This document shows positions 35,557 through 47,681 of a DNA stretch of 64,000 nucleotides, piece by piece. The position numbers were made by a program, and so were the translations under genes. Positions within the stretch are counted from its first letter, which is position 1, and every line of letters begins with the position of its first letter. The stretch comes from a virus (taxonomy: Duplodnaviria; Caudoviricetes). The stretch is from the IMG/VR virus record IMGVR_UViG_3300031555_004891; one strand, written 5' to 3'. The notes under the pieces were generated by a model, which saw only the letters and a list, made by a program, of their open reading frames with translations, was not told the DNA's origin and searched no databases.

Positions 35557-35559
35557 TCA

Positions 35560-36810
35560 ATGTCTATAAAATTATTAGGAAACACAACTAGAGTAGAAGC
35601 GCCTTTTGTATCAGTTAAGATAGGTAATTACACTTTTGGTACCTATAGCAAGGAAAAAGGCGGTGCAGAATATAGTTTTGCAGAAAAATATAGATACCCA
35701 AATTATATTGAGTCTTTAAGTATCGTAAAATTAAATGGTTCAGTAAATACTTACACCTTAAATATGAAATATCAAATAACAGCTGGAGATGACCCTAACT
35801 TTTTAGACAAAGTTTTTAGCTCAGTTTCTGGTTCGCGTAGAATGATTATTAGTTATGGTGATTGCTCAAGTCCAATGTATATGTATAAGGAAGAAGGTGC
35901 AACTATAACTGATGTTAGATAGAATTTAGATTTAAGTAGCTCAAGTATAAGTTATACAATAACAGCTATTAGTGATGCTTTAACTCTGCAAGCTGGTACT
36001 TTTTCATTTGGTTCCAGAACAATGAAACCTAGTGATAAAATAAAAGAATTACTATATAATAATATCTATGGTATTTTAGATGTATTCTATGGGATGAGAG
36101 ATAAAGATTTAGTTATCAGTAATAATTTAATAGCTGGTGATGATAAACCGGTTAAGCTGGAAGCAAAAACTGGTGTAACAATATGGGATTATCTAAATTA
36201 CTTAGTTTTATGTATGCAGCCAAGCAGTGATAATCAAAATTCTAATATTACTGGCGCTCGATATGTTTTAACTGTTAATGATGATTACTCAGGTGTTTTT
36301 GGTGGTCCTTATTTTTAGGTATTTAAATTAGAAACTAGTCAAAAATAGATAAATTCTTTAGATACATATGAAATAGATATAGGTTTCCCATGCATAGATG
36401 CTGTATCTAGCTTTTCTATAGATGATGATTAGACCTATTCTATTCTATATAATTACTCTAAAAAAATGAATCAGTCAGATTATGTCTATAGAATAAACAA
36501 TGATGGTATTATAGAATCTATATATTCCCCTTCTATATCGAATAACTCAAAAGAATTTAAAACAACTCAAGTAGATAAGACATGGTGGACATAGGTAACT
36601 CAATATCCTGTTAAAGCAACTTTAACAGTAAAAGGTTTATTAAGGCCATCAATGCTTATGTCTTACATAAAAATAAACACATATTTTTATGGCTAGAAAC
36701 ATAACAGCAGTGGGTTATATACAATAACAAAATAGACAGATAATATATCAAAAGATGGGTTTAAGACGACCTTATCATTAATAAGAATTGGAAGCGATTC
36801 GGAGGTTTAA
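35560..36810 (+). CDS. Baseplate hub protein (gp27/gpD-like; 416 aa, TAG=Gln)
   Basis: Single frame across many TAGs; C-terminal SGLYTITK-Q-TDNISKDGFKTTLSL. Confidence 0.72.
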
Positions 36811-36811
36811 T

Positions 36812-37240
36812 ATGCTAACTAGAGCTATAGTTGAAAGAGTGCTATCTGAGTATACTTATAAAGTTAGAATTCCTATTTTTGATAGGATTTAGGGAGATGC
36901 AGAACACACAGATTTTGCTAACTTAAGAGAAGCTGTAGCTTGCGTCCCTAAAGGGATTAATAATAGCATAAACGAGGGTGATATTGTTTTTGTTATGTTT
37001 GAAAATAATAGTATGACTGACTTAGTAATTATTGGTCAGCTATATAGAGAAGCCATAACAAACATACCTGATAGTGCTATTAATTGTAGAGCACTAAATG
37101 TAAGCGAAAAAGTACAATTACCAAAAGATATTATGATTGGAGAAATCGATTACTCAAAATTATTTATGTTAGCAAACTTAACGTCTGATGTATAGGCTTA
37201 GCTAGATGATCTAGCAGCTAAAATCGATGCTCTAAAATAA
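36812..37240 (+). CDS. Baseplate spike OB-fold protein (gp5/gpV N-domain-like; TAG=Gln)
   Basis: KVRIP...EGDIVFVMFENN...VIIG; C-terminal NLTSDV-Q-A-Q-LDDL. Confidence 0.75.
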
Positions 37241-37250
37241 GGGGGTATAA

Positions 37251-37625
37251 ATGAACTCAATAGCCTTTCCAGAAATGTTTAGTTCTGCTAGTACAAATCT
37301 GGTATATGATAGAGAAGCTACTGCACAAAATCTGCTATTGCTTTTAAAATCGGATAAGACGAGTTTTTTCGGAGATCCATATTTTGGTACAACATTAAAA
37401 AGATTAATTTTTGAACAAAACAATACTGTGTTGCGAGATTTAGTTATAGATACTGTTTACTCGACTATTGCTACATATATGCCTTAGATAAAAGCAGATA
37501 GAAAAAATATAACAGTTACATCGGATGGAACAACACTTTATTGCAATATAAAAGCTACAAACATGATCGATTTTAATTTAGAAGACATGAATCTAGCTTT
37601 ATTTAATTTAGAGGAATTAGGATGA
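37251..37625 (+). CDS. Baseplate wedge protein gp25-like (TAG=Gln)
   Basis: DPYFGTTLKRLIFEQ motif; extends through TAG to TGA at 37623-37625. Confidence 0.82.
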
Positions 37626-40600
37626 AACATACAAATATAAACATCAATTCTTTATCTTACACAAATAAAGATTTTAGAAATGTCATGGAAGAGCTTTTAG
37701 CTCTAGTTCCTGAGCTTACTAGCAGATGGAATCCAAATGACTCTAATGAATCAGACCCTGGTGTAGCATTATTAAAACTTAAAGCATTTATTGCTGATAA
37801 ACTAAACTATAATATAGATAAAAATGTTTTAGAGAATTTTCCTACATCTGTCACTCAGAGAGGTAATGCTCAAAAACTTTATGACCTTTTAGGTTATGAC
37901 ATGCAGTGGTATAGATCAGCCACTGTTCCTGTTGTATTTAAGTATGTGCAAGGTGAAAATCTCGAAGAAATAAAAGAAAATTCGAGTGATATTTTATACA
38001 AAATACCTAGATTTACAACCTTGAAAGATGATACAGGCTCTATAGTCTTTACTCTTCTACAGGATGCTATTATAGAAAGTTCTGGAGAATCCACTACAGA
38101 TATAGAAGTTCTAGCTATGGAAGGACCTATACAATCTTACACAATAAATGGGCAAGAAAAAATTACAATACAGAATTTAGATTCTGATTATAGATTATAT
38201 TTTACAGAATCTATGGTTGCATAGAATGGTATATTTATTTCAAATGATCCTACTATGCAAGATTTATGGACTAGAGTATCAAACTTAGAGACATCAGGTT
38301 TAAATACTAAAATATATAAATTTGGTGTTTTACCTAACTCTAATACTTGCTACGTAGAATTTCCTCAAGACGCTGCTAATATTTTCGGTGGTGGTATTTA
38401 TATCAAATATATATTATCTACTGGTGCAGCTGGTAATATAAGTTTAGGAACACTTACAAAATTACAATATAGCTTGATGGCTAAGGGCGGTATTGATGGT
38501 GTTTATTATCTAAAAAGTGATGGTAGTTACAGTGCAAGTAGTGATGAGATTGATCTATCTTTATTTACTCAAGTCACTAATTATCAAAGCGCTACTAATG
38601 GTTCTAATCCAGAAACTTTAGAAGAAGCATATAGAAATTATAGACGTACTATTGGTACCTTCAATACTTTAGTAACTACAAAAGATTATGAGTCTGCTAT
38701 ATATAATTCTGGAGCAGTATCTAACGTCGTTGTTTCTGACAGAACAGATGATCATGAAAGATCCTATAAAGTAAAAACTTTTGATATTAATGGTAAGAGT
38801 GAGCGTCTAGTTAACGTTAATGTAGAAGATACAAGTAAAGTATTGATGAATGCGTTCAACTTAGTAGTATATGCTTTAGATAATGCTACGTCTGTAAGTA
38901 CTGCTGATAATTATAACACAACATTTAAAACAAAGAATGATACAATGCGTCTAGCTCAAAAATCAATAGATGATTGTAAAGCTATTTAGCATGATTGGAT
39001 AAATAATAGTTAGTAGACAACCTTCCTATATAAAAATCTATATGAATTAAGCGGTAAAATATTAACTTATCAAAAAATATCTTCTATAGAAGCTAAAGAA
39101 ATAGAGCAAAATGTACAAAAAGCTTTATATAAAAAGTATAATAGTAGAAATATAAATTTCGGGGAAGCTTTAGTTTACGAAGAAATAGTTAAAACAGTAA
39201 AATCTGCTGACCAACGTATAAAAGAATTTTTGTTAGATGAACCAACGATAAATACTTATAGCATGACCGCTGTAGAGAATGGTGGTAGCAATGAAGACTT
39301 GCAAGCATCTCCATTGTCAAGAGATCAAAAAATAGATATAATAGCTAAATCTATATTAGCAGGTGTAACACCATATTGTATATTTGACGACTCTGCTTCG
39401 TTAGATTTCTTTATGCAACCAGCTGAGAAGTATGCAGTTAATGCTGGAAAGGTTGAAAAAGTTACAAATACAATGTGTGATGCTGCTTCATCATATATTC
39501 AAAATATAGCTACAGTTACTACTGGTGTTAATATGAATGTAACAACTGGTGATAGAAAGTTGCTTAAAAATGAAACAGTACAGCTTTATGCACCAAATTT
39601 TGTTACTATAAAAACCTTATCCACATATTTATATGTCGCTTTTAAAACGCTTGATTCTAATAAAACAATATTAAAAAATAGCATCTATCAACTCAGAGAT
39701 AATGAATATGTATATGCTGCGGAAAACAAAAATGACCTTTTAAGTATGCTTGGTGTAGCTATAACTAATGGAACAACCGCAGGATTATCTACTTATACAT
39801 TTGGTCCAGGAAAAATAATTAAAACATCTTTTGATCTTCCAGCATATGGTGGAAATGAGTCAAACATAAAAAATCTTGAAACAACAAATACTATAGAAGT
39901 TTAGGAAGAAAATGCTGTTATATTAAACAATAAAGAAAAAGCAATATATGCTTGCTGGTCATTAAATGAGTCTGATAATGAGTTATTTAAATCAGATGAA
40001 ATCAAATATTTTTGTTACTCAGATGAAGAAAAAACTTCTAAGATAGATTTAAGGAAAGATGGTAATTATTATAAACTTGTGAAAGCAGCAAAAATTAATG
40101 GTGAAGATAAAGTTGCAGGATCAGTGATTGATAAATCATCAGTATACTGTTATCTATCTAGAATTTTAAAGAATGGTGAATATTTTATCTACACAGACTT
40201 TGGTAAATCATTCATTGCTCTATTAAGCTCTGGCACTAGATTAAAAATTCAAGGTTTAGTATCTAACTTAGAAAATAAAGACTGGACTTGCAACTTACCT
40301 GATATGTCAGATTTAAATTCTAATGGTGTTGCTGCAGATGTTACATGGAAACCTTTAGGTAAAGGTTATGATTTTTCTGTGCAAGAAATGCAAATAATAA
40401 CATTAGGTCAAGATGCTGTTTTAAGTTTTGATAATAAAGAAATTTTAAATCCAGATTATGATCCTGATGATGAAGATTCAGAGGAATATATTATTGCAGG
40501 GATGACTCTAAGTAATACACCAATAATGTTAACAGCAGATCTTCAAAAGTATTTTAAATATAAAGTAGATCAATTTGAAGATTCTTATTTAAGATTATCA

Positions 40601-41638
40601 ACTATTGATTTAGATAATAGCTCTAGTGTAGATACAGATAATTATTCGTGGTATGCTTTTTGTAGTTTACAATTAATATGTTCGAGTGATTCCCCTCAAA
40701 CCTTACAGAAAGATCAATATGTAATTTTTACATTAAGTGGTAATACCAATTATGCTGCGGGGGCTGGAAACTCAATTAAAACTAATATACCTGTTGCATT
40801 AACTGGCGGTTCGAATCAATCAGCAGAACTTTTACTAAGCGATGGTACGGTATCTAAGTCTTTGTGTGCAAGTATTTATAAAAATCCTTCAGATGATATA
40901 TTTTGGCATAAAGCGAATTCTAGTGATACTTCTACTAATGTAGAATCAGATTCTGTTTCGGAATCATATTCTAATGATACTGTTAGTTTAAGTATGCAAA
41001 ATAAAGCAACAACAGATGTAAAGCATAAATTTTTATATGAAGCATGTGTAAGTCCCACTTTTTGTAAATCATTTCTTCCTGTTTTGATACAGTCAAGTAT
41101 AACAGATTCTGATGCAAAAATTACAATTAAAGTTAAAACAGGTACAGAAACAGGCACATGGTCATTTATTAAAGAGGAGCTTTCTACAAGTGACGCTAAA
41201 GACTTAAAGCATTCTGATAATGTCATTTTTCTTAGGTTACCTGATGAAATTTTTTCAAAGAAAGATCCAGATTACATTTATGCTTAGAAAAATCTACAAA
41301 TATCAGTTACTGATGTAGCTAAAGATGAGATCATTAATGTAACATTATATAATCCAAATAAGTTTATAGATTATAGTGATATAGTAGCTGATTATGAGTT
41401 AGATGGTGGTGCTGGCAATGCGGTTTTAACTAGAATAAAGCAATTGACACAAATAAATAAAGATGATCTACCACCTTTTGATTTTACATATAGAGTAGAT
41501 GAAGGTATCGCTATAAATGATCCAACAGATCCAGAAAGCTTTTTTGATACAAATCACATCAAAAATAAGTTTGTTATATCTCAAATAAACACTTCAACAA
41601 TCTCAAATATAAGTGTAGCTAAACAAAGTAGGAAATAA
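37622..41638 (+). CDS. Large baseplate wedge protein, gp6/J-like (1338 aa, TAG=Gln)
   Basis: Motifs YTNKDF, ESDPGVALL, ATNGSNPETLEE, LVTTKDYE. Five fragments share one frame, including a tandem TAG-TAG near 39011. Confidence 0.82.
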
Positions 41639-41643
41639 TAAAA

Positions 41644-42477
41644 ATGTTTAGATTTGAAAATAATCTTCCAAAATGTTTTGTTGATAATTCTAGAGATTTT
41701 TAGCTTATGGCTAGACTAGATGATACTATATTTATGGGTCAACGAGCTGACATAGCTACAATGACTAACTTAAATACATCTAGTAAATGTAAAAATATAT
41801 TTCTTGATCTATTAGCAAAAAAAGTTGGATTTTTCACAAAAGAATATTTAGATGATGATGTTTTGAGAGCTATCATAGGTGCTTTTTAGAGTACACTTAA
41901 ATATAAAGGTACAAAGAAAGGTATTGAAATGGCTGTTAAAACTATCTTAAAATGCGAAAATTCTATAGAAGAGCCTGTTGTAAATATTGTTAGTAGTTTA
42001 GATGAAGCAACTGGACTCGATCATTATGTGTAGATATTAACACCTGTAGATATAGTAAATAAGATTGCATTAAAAGAATTCTTAAGGTATATATTACCAT
42101 TTGGATACATATATATACTGAGAGTATATAAAGAGCCAGAAACAGACTTACTTACAAAAATTAATCCAGCTAATATAGTTACTGTTTATAAATCTAGTAA
42201 TTATAATCTAGGAACAATTAGATCTAGTACAGATAATATGATAGATATCAATCCTGATATCGATTATGATAGCTCATCAGTTGAAGAAGAAACTGGTATC
42301 GAATCACAAGCTAGTCATTTGTTAGGCACTTATGATTTAGGTCTTATTGTAAGTAATGATGACTTAGATGGATCTAATAAAGGCGAAAGCAATAAAATAC
42401 CTGATTTTGATGATTACTTAAATCTTAGTAAAGATGATACTAAAAAGACAGTAGAAAAAGTATATAGTAATGAATAA
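41644..42477 (+). CDS. Baseplate wedge protein (gp7/gpI-like; TAG=Gln)
   Basis: LDLLAKKVG...LKYKGTKKGIEMAV motif. Confidence 0.72.
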
Positions 42478-42481
42478 GGTC

Positions 42482-42515
42482 AAGGAATCTGATATTATTA
42501 CTATCAGATTCCTTT
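42482..42515 (+). terminator. Hairpin / terminator directly followed by a GCTAAATT motif
   Basis: AAGGAATCTGATA...TATCAGATTCCTT. Confidence 0.65.
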
Positions 42516-42548
42516 GCTAAATTTAGAGTAGATAATAAAGGAAACAGT

Positions 42549-43073
42549 ATGACTAACTTGAATAATATTGATAATATATCATATCAAGGTATTGTAACTA
42601 TAAAAAAAGTAGATACTAAGTTTAATATCATTAAAGATTCTTTTAGAATTAAAAATAATGGTACAAAGCATCTTTTTAAATACCTATGTGATTGTTTAAT
42701 TTAGAATTATAATCCAAGCAACTCTCCAAGATATCTTGATGCTTCTGCGGAAAAATTAACACTTTCAGATAATGATATAAAAGATTTCACAAGCAATGTA
42801 ACAAATAGAAGCTTATTATCCAATATAGAAGTTAAAGAGAGTTATAATAATTATAATGTAATATTCTCTGGAATAATTCTGTATGATCAATTGAGAGATA
42901 AAACCGCGGGGTTAAAGTCTGTAGTATTGTTTCCTAATAAAAATATTCAAGACATATCTAAACCATTAGCATTTATAAATATAGTGCCTGAAGAAGCAGA
43001 AGATGGAATAACAATATCTGCATCAGAAGTCTTGATCATAGAGTGGGAACTGCAATTTAAAAATGCTTCTTAA
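42549..43073 (+). CDS. Hypothetical baseplate / fibre-attachment protein (TAG=Gln)
   Basis: AAGGA RBS, one TAG, C-terminal EVLIIEWELQF. Confidence 0.6.
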
Positions 43074-43088
43074 TAATAGGGAGAAGAA

Positions 43089-43787
43089 ATGGGTTTTATA
43101 AATAGTGCTAATATAAAAGTATTTCCAACAACATAGAGATAGACTGAAGACGCATCAGCTAGGATGATGACGGAATTTAATCTAACATCCATTATAAATA
43201 GATTAGTAGATAAAAAATGCTTTGTTATTTCTGGTGATAGATTAGATGATAAAGGATATTTTGTAATAGATAGTGGTAGATTTGAATTTAATATGTTTGG
43301 ATATTATTTTTCAATATCAAATATTTATGAAATATTAAACTCAATACCTATTGGTGATACTACTCTTGGAAACATTGCAAAATTAAAATTAGGTACTAAC
43401 GCTATACTTTTTGAAGAAGGTGAGGATAAAATAAACACACCTAATTTACATATTGTGGCTAAGATTTCAATATCAGGTAATGACAAAAGTATAAATAATA
43501 TGTCTTGGCAAAGACTTAATGGTACTGATAAAGATGGTAAATATGAAGGAATAGAATTCGCTCTCGAATCTGCTACTAGATTTAATGAAAATAGCTATTA
43601 TACGGATGACTCAACAAAAGTCTTTTCAATTCTAGAATTGATAGAGAGACCATATACTGGAGAAGATTCTAACAAATAGAATATAACTACAAAATATAAT
43701 TTAAGAATACCTGCAAATAGTAAGGTTAAATTTGCTACTAGCTCACTTAATCAATCAATTAGAATTGATGATGGTAGATTAGATTAA
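43089..43787 (+). CDS. Hypothetical tail protein (TAG=Gln)
   Basis: GGGAG RBS, three TAGs, TAA at 43785-43787. Confidence 0.65.
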
Positions 43788-43798
43788 AATAAATATAG

Positions 43799-43841
43799 AG
43801 AACCATGGAAAAGTTTTAGAAATCCATGGTTCTTTTCTTTT
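43799..43841 (+). terminator. Intrinsic terminator ending the structural module
   Basis: AGAACCATGGA...TCCATGGTTCT followed by a T-run. Confidence 0.75.
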
Positions 43842-43876
43842 ATGACCTGTATAAATATATGTAGGAGATTTTAATT

Positions 43877-44203
43877 ATGAAACATTCGAATAAGAAAGTA
43901 GATTACATAATTTGTCCGCACTGTGGAGCAGAATATTTACCTAGTGAAATATATTATCCAGATAAATTTTTAGGTAAGCCTCATGATATAGATAAAGTAA
44001 ATAGTGGTAAAATAGATAATTTCTTAGGAAAGTCTATGGATTTAGAAGAAAGTTATCAATGTGATTTTTGTGATACAAAATTTAGAGTGACTGCAAAAAT
44101 TCAATTCAAAGTTGAGCAAGTTTCTAAGTATGATATGTCAAAAGCATATGTGACACCATTATTTGAAGAAAAATTGACTCTAGAAGAAGGGATAGCTGAA
44201 TAA
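43877..44203 (+). CDS. Zn-ribbon protein
   Basis: CPHC...CDFC; AGGAG RBS. Confidence 0.7.
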   Translation: MKHSNKKVDYIICPHCGAEYLPSEIYYPDKFLGKPHDIDKVNSGKIDNFLGKSMDLEESYQCDFCDTKFRVTAKIQFKVEQVSKYDMSKAYVTPLFEEKLTLEEGIAE

Positions 44204-46965
44204 TGATAAAAATATCAGAGCAAACAGCTAAAAAAGTTCCTGGACTAACAGCATTAGTAGTAGAAAGTCCATACAACCCACTAGTTGTAGATGTTCTGAA
44301 AAACGCTCAAGGATCAGATTATGATGCTAAAACAAAGTAGTGGGAAGTTCCAATAACTAACCTTTCTTATTTATTAGATCATTTTTCTATAATAGATGAT
44401 ATAGAATTAAATTTACTTGAAGATAAAAAAGCTAAAAATATAATTTTTTCACAAAAACCTGATGAGCCTTTTTAGATGTTTAAGCATCAAGCAGAAGCTG
44501 TAGAGTTTGGATTAAATAATCCTAAATGGTTATTACTTGATGCTCCCGGGCTTGGTAAAGCGCTTCCTTTAGATACACCTGTTTTAACACCTAATGGATT
44601 TAAACCTATCGATGCTATACATGCTGGTGATATAGTTTTCGATGATAAGGGAAACCCATGTAAAGTTATTGAAGAATTTTATCACGAATCTTTAGACATG
44701 TATAAATTAGATTTTACAACAAAAGATTCTATAATTTGCTGCAAAGATCATTTATGGTAGGTTAGATACAATAAAGGTGTCTGGGATAAGTGTGATAGAA
44801 AATATCATCTAACAGAGTTCAATGAAGCTCGACCTACTAGCTGGCTTATTGAAAATGATAATTGGAAAAAGAATTGTCTAAGAATACCATTTTGTGAGCC
44901 TATAAAATTTCCTAAAAATGAATTGCCTATTGATCCATATCTTTTGGGCTGCTTAATTGGGGATGGATCTTTTAGAAAATATATAAGTTTAACTTCGAGC
45001 GATCAGTTTATTATTGATCAATGTATACATAGCTTAGAGCAGCTTGAGGGAGATGCATTAAAAATAAGGCTTGATGGTAAATATAGTTATATATTTTCAA
45101 CAAAATCAAAGAAACCCTCTAAATTAAAGCATGAGTTAGATAAGCTTGGTTTATTAAATCATTTGTCTTACACAAAATTTATTCCTGATATTTATAAACA
45201 TAGTTCTGTAGAAGATCGTATAGCTCTGTTGCAAGGATTAATGGACACTGATGGTACAGTAAGTTCAGTAAAAACTTATAAGGGAAAATTATCTAATAAA
45301 GCATGTTTCGGAACCTCTTCTAAACAATTGCGGTACGATTTTGAATTCTTAATACAATCTTTAGGTGGTTGGTGTTCAACACGAGAGTTTACAGCTTCTT
45401 ATCGAGACGCATCTGGTTAGAAAAAATAGTGTGCTACTCATTATACAATTTCTATACATTTACCTGATAACTCTATCTTATTTAGATTGCCTAGGAAGAA
45501 AAATTTAGTGTCTAAAAGATATAATAAGCCTAGAAGAAAAATAAAGAATATTACATATGTTGGTAAGCAACCTGGAAAATGCATATCTGTAGACAGTCCA
45601 TCACATTGTTATCTAACAAAAAATTGCATTGTTACGCATAACACCTTATCATTGATTCGGCTAGCAGAAGAATTACATAATCAAGGAAAGATAGAGCATT
45701 GCTTAATAGTTTGTGGTATAAATACGCTTAAAAGAAACTGGCAAAAAGAAATATAGAAATTTAGCACATTAAGCTCTAGAATAATTGGTCAATACATAAG
45801 TTCAAAAGGTAAAGTTTATACCAGATCTGTTAAAGATAGGGTCGAAGAGCTAAAAAATCCTTTAGAAGAGTTTTTTATTATTATAAATGTGGAATCACTC
45901 AGAGATGATGATATAGTAAAAGCTATAAATAAAGGTAAGAATAAATTTGATATGATAGTTGTTGATGAGATTCATACCATGAAATCTCCGACCAGCTCTC
46001 AAGGAAAAAATTTACTAAAAATAAATAAAGCTAAGTATCAAGTAGGTGCTACTGGAACATTATTACTTAATGATCCTTTAGATACTTATATGGCTCTAAA
46101 ATGGATAGGTGCAGAACATTCTACATTAACTAAATTTAAGTATTATTACTGCGAATATGGTGGTCCTTTTGGAAATATGCTAGTTGGATTTAAAAATATG
46201 GATCTACTTAAATACCAACTTGAGCAAGTTTCTTTGAGAAGAAAAAAAGATTTACTAAATCTTCCAGATAAGAATATAATAGATGAGTTTGTTGATATGG
46301 AAACAGCTCAAAGTAATTTTTATGAAAATATAAAGAAAGGTATAGTAGATCAAGTAGATAAAGTAAAAATGTCTACAGCTAATTTGCTAGCTATGGTTAT
46401 AAGATTACGTCAAGCAGCAGAATGTCCAAATGTGTTAACTACAGAGAACATACCATCTGCTAAAATTGAACGTTGTATAGATTTAGCTAAACAAATATTA
46501 TCTGATCCAGATGAGAAAGTAGTTATTTTTAGTTGCTTTAAAGAATCAATAAATTTTATATATAAATAGTTAGCAGAGTTTAATCCATTGCTATGCACTG
46601 GAGATATTCCAGATGATATTATATCAAATAATGTCGATATGTTTCAAAATGATTCTGAGCATAGAGTTATAGTATGTACTGGACAAAAAATGGGAACTGG
46701 TATAACTCTAAATAGAGCGCATTATGCTATTTTTATAAATACACCATGGACAGCAGGTGTGCAAGAGCAATGGGAAGATCGTATATATAGAATCGGTACA
46801 AAGCAACCAGTATTTATATATAGATTATGGGTTAAAGACACTATAGATGAGCGAGTTTTAGACATTCTAAATACAAAAGGTGCCTTGAGTGATTATGTCA
46901 TAGATGACGAAATGACAACTCAGCAATTAGCTATATTAAGACAATATATAGAAGAATTAAGATAA
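44203..46965 (+). CDS. SNF2-family helicase containing an intein (920 aa precursor, TAG=Gln)
   Basis: LLDAPGLGK^T Walker A, DEIH, ATGT, GTGITLNRA, QWEDRIYRIG. Five fragments share one frame. Confidence 0.88.
44560..45642 (+). mobile_element. Class 3 intein with LAGLIDADG homing endonuclease (361 aa)
   Basis: Begins ALPLDTPVLT (Ala1). Block B DHLW, block F KCISV, ends VTHN before Thr. Endonuclease motifs LLGCLIGDG and LLQGLMDTDG. Confidence 0.88.
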
Positions 46966-46972
46966 AAGTTTT

Positions 46973-47021
46973 AGATCAACTGGTAAAAACAGTTGATCTT
47001 TTCTTTATTTTATTATATAAT
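46973..47021 (+). promoter_or_regulatory. Terminator hairpin fused to a sigma70-type promoter (TTGATC-17-TATAAT)
   Basis: AGATCAACTG/CAGTTGATCT hairpin; -35 at 46993-46998, -10 at 47016-47021. Confidence 0.75.
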
Positions 47022-47054
47022 ATATATGTAAATAGAAATAAAAAGAGGTGCTAT

Positions 47055-47612
47055 ATGTATCAATATTATAATGCTCATCCTAAAGGATTACTCGTTAGAG
47101 ATTGCGTAAAAAGAGCTATATCTAAAGCAGCTGAAATGGACTATCATCAAGTGCAACTTGAGCTTAATAGATATAAGAAAGTTACTGGAGCTAAAGCTTT
47201 CAATTCTGATAGAAATCCGGATAAGTATGTTGTTAATGTATTGAAAGCTGTTAAATTAAGCTTCCCAGCAAAACGTGGTGTTCCTAGAATGAACGGTGAA
47301 CGTTTTTGTAAAGCTTATCCTAAAGGTAATTATATTCTGCAGATGGCTGGACATTGGTCCTGCTGTGTAGATGGTGTTATTTATGACACCTGGGATTGCT
47401 CTGATAAATGCGTTTATACAGCATGGAAGCTTCCAAAGCAAACTGTAGAGATTAGATCTAGCATCAACACTCAACAACACAGTGATGTGCATAGAATAGA
47501 AGGTAAAAACAAAAATCAAGTAATTAAGGAATTAAAGAAAGATTTTGAAAGATTCTTACAAAATATCGATGCGTATGCACCTGGAACTAAATTTGTTGCA
47601 GAAATATTATAA
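47055..47612 (+). CDS. Hypothetical early protein (Cys-His-Asp, papain/C39-like motifs)
   Basis: DCVKRAI...GHWSCCVDGVIYDTWD; GAGG RBS; TAG-free. Confidence 0.6.
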   Translation: MYQYYNAHPKGLLVRDCVKRAISKAAEMDYHQVQLELNRYKKVTGAKAFNSDRNPDKYVVNVLKAVKLSFPAKRGVPRMNGERFCKAYPKGNYILQMAGHWSCCVDGVIYDTWDCSDKCVYTAWKLPKQTVEIRSSINTQQHSDVHRIEGKNKNQVIKELKKDFERFLQNIDAYAPGTKFVAEIL

Positions 47613-47619
47613 AAAACAG

Positions 47620-47648
47620 TTGATTTATTAAAAAATAGCTTTTATAAT
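47620..47648 (+). promoter_or_regulatory. Sigma70-type promoter TTGATT-17-TATAAT
   Basis: Near-consensus boxes with 17-nt spacing, upstream of 47682. Confidence 0.7.
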
Positions 47649-47681
47649 ATAAACAAAAATAGTTCACATGGGAGATCGTGC

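Noticed and set aside
10975-46965. Fragmented terminase, portal, baseplate and helicase read as pseudogenes of a decayed prophage
   Set aside because: All breaks are in-frame TAG, with no frameshifts and no internal TAA/TGA, and several fall at conserved Gln positions. This indicates recoding, not decay.
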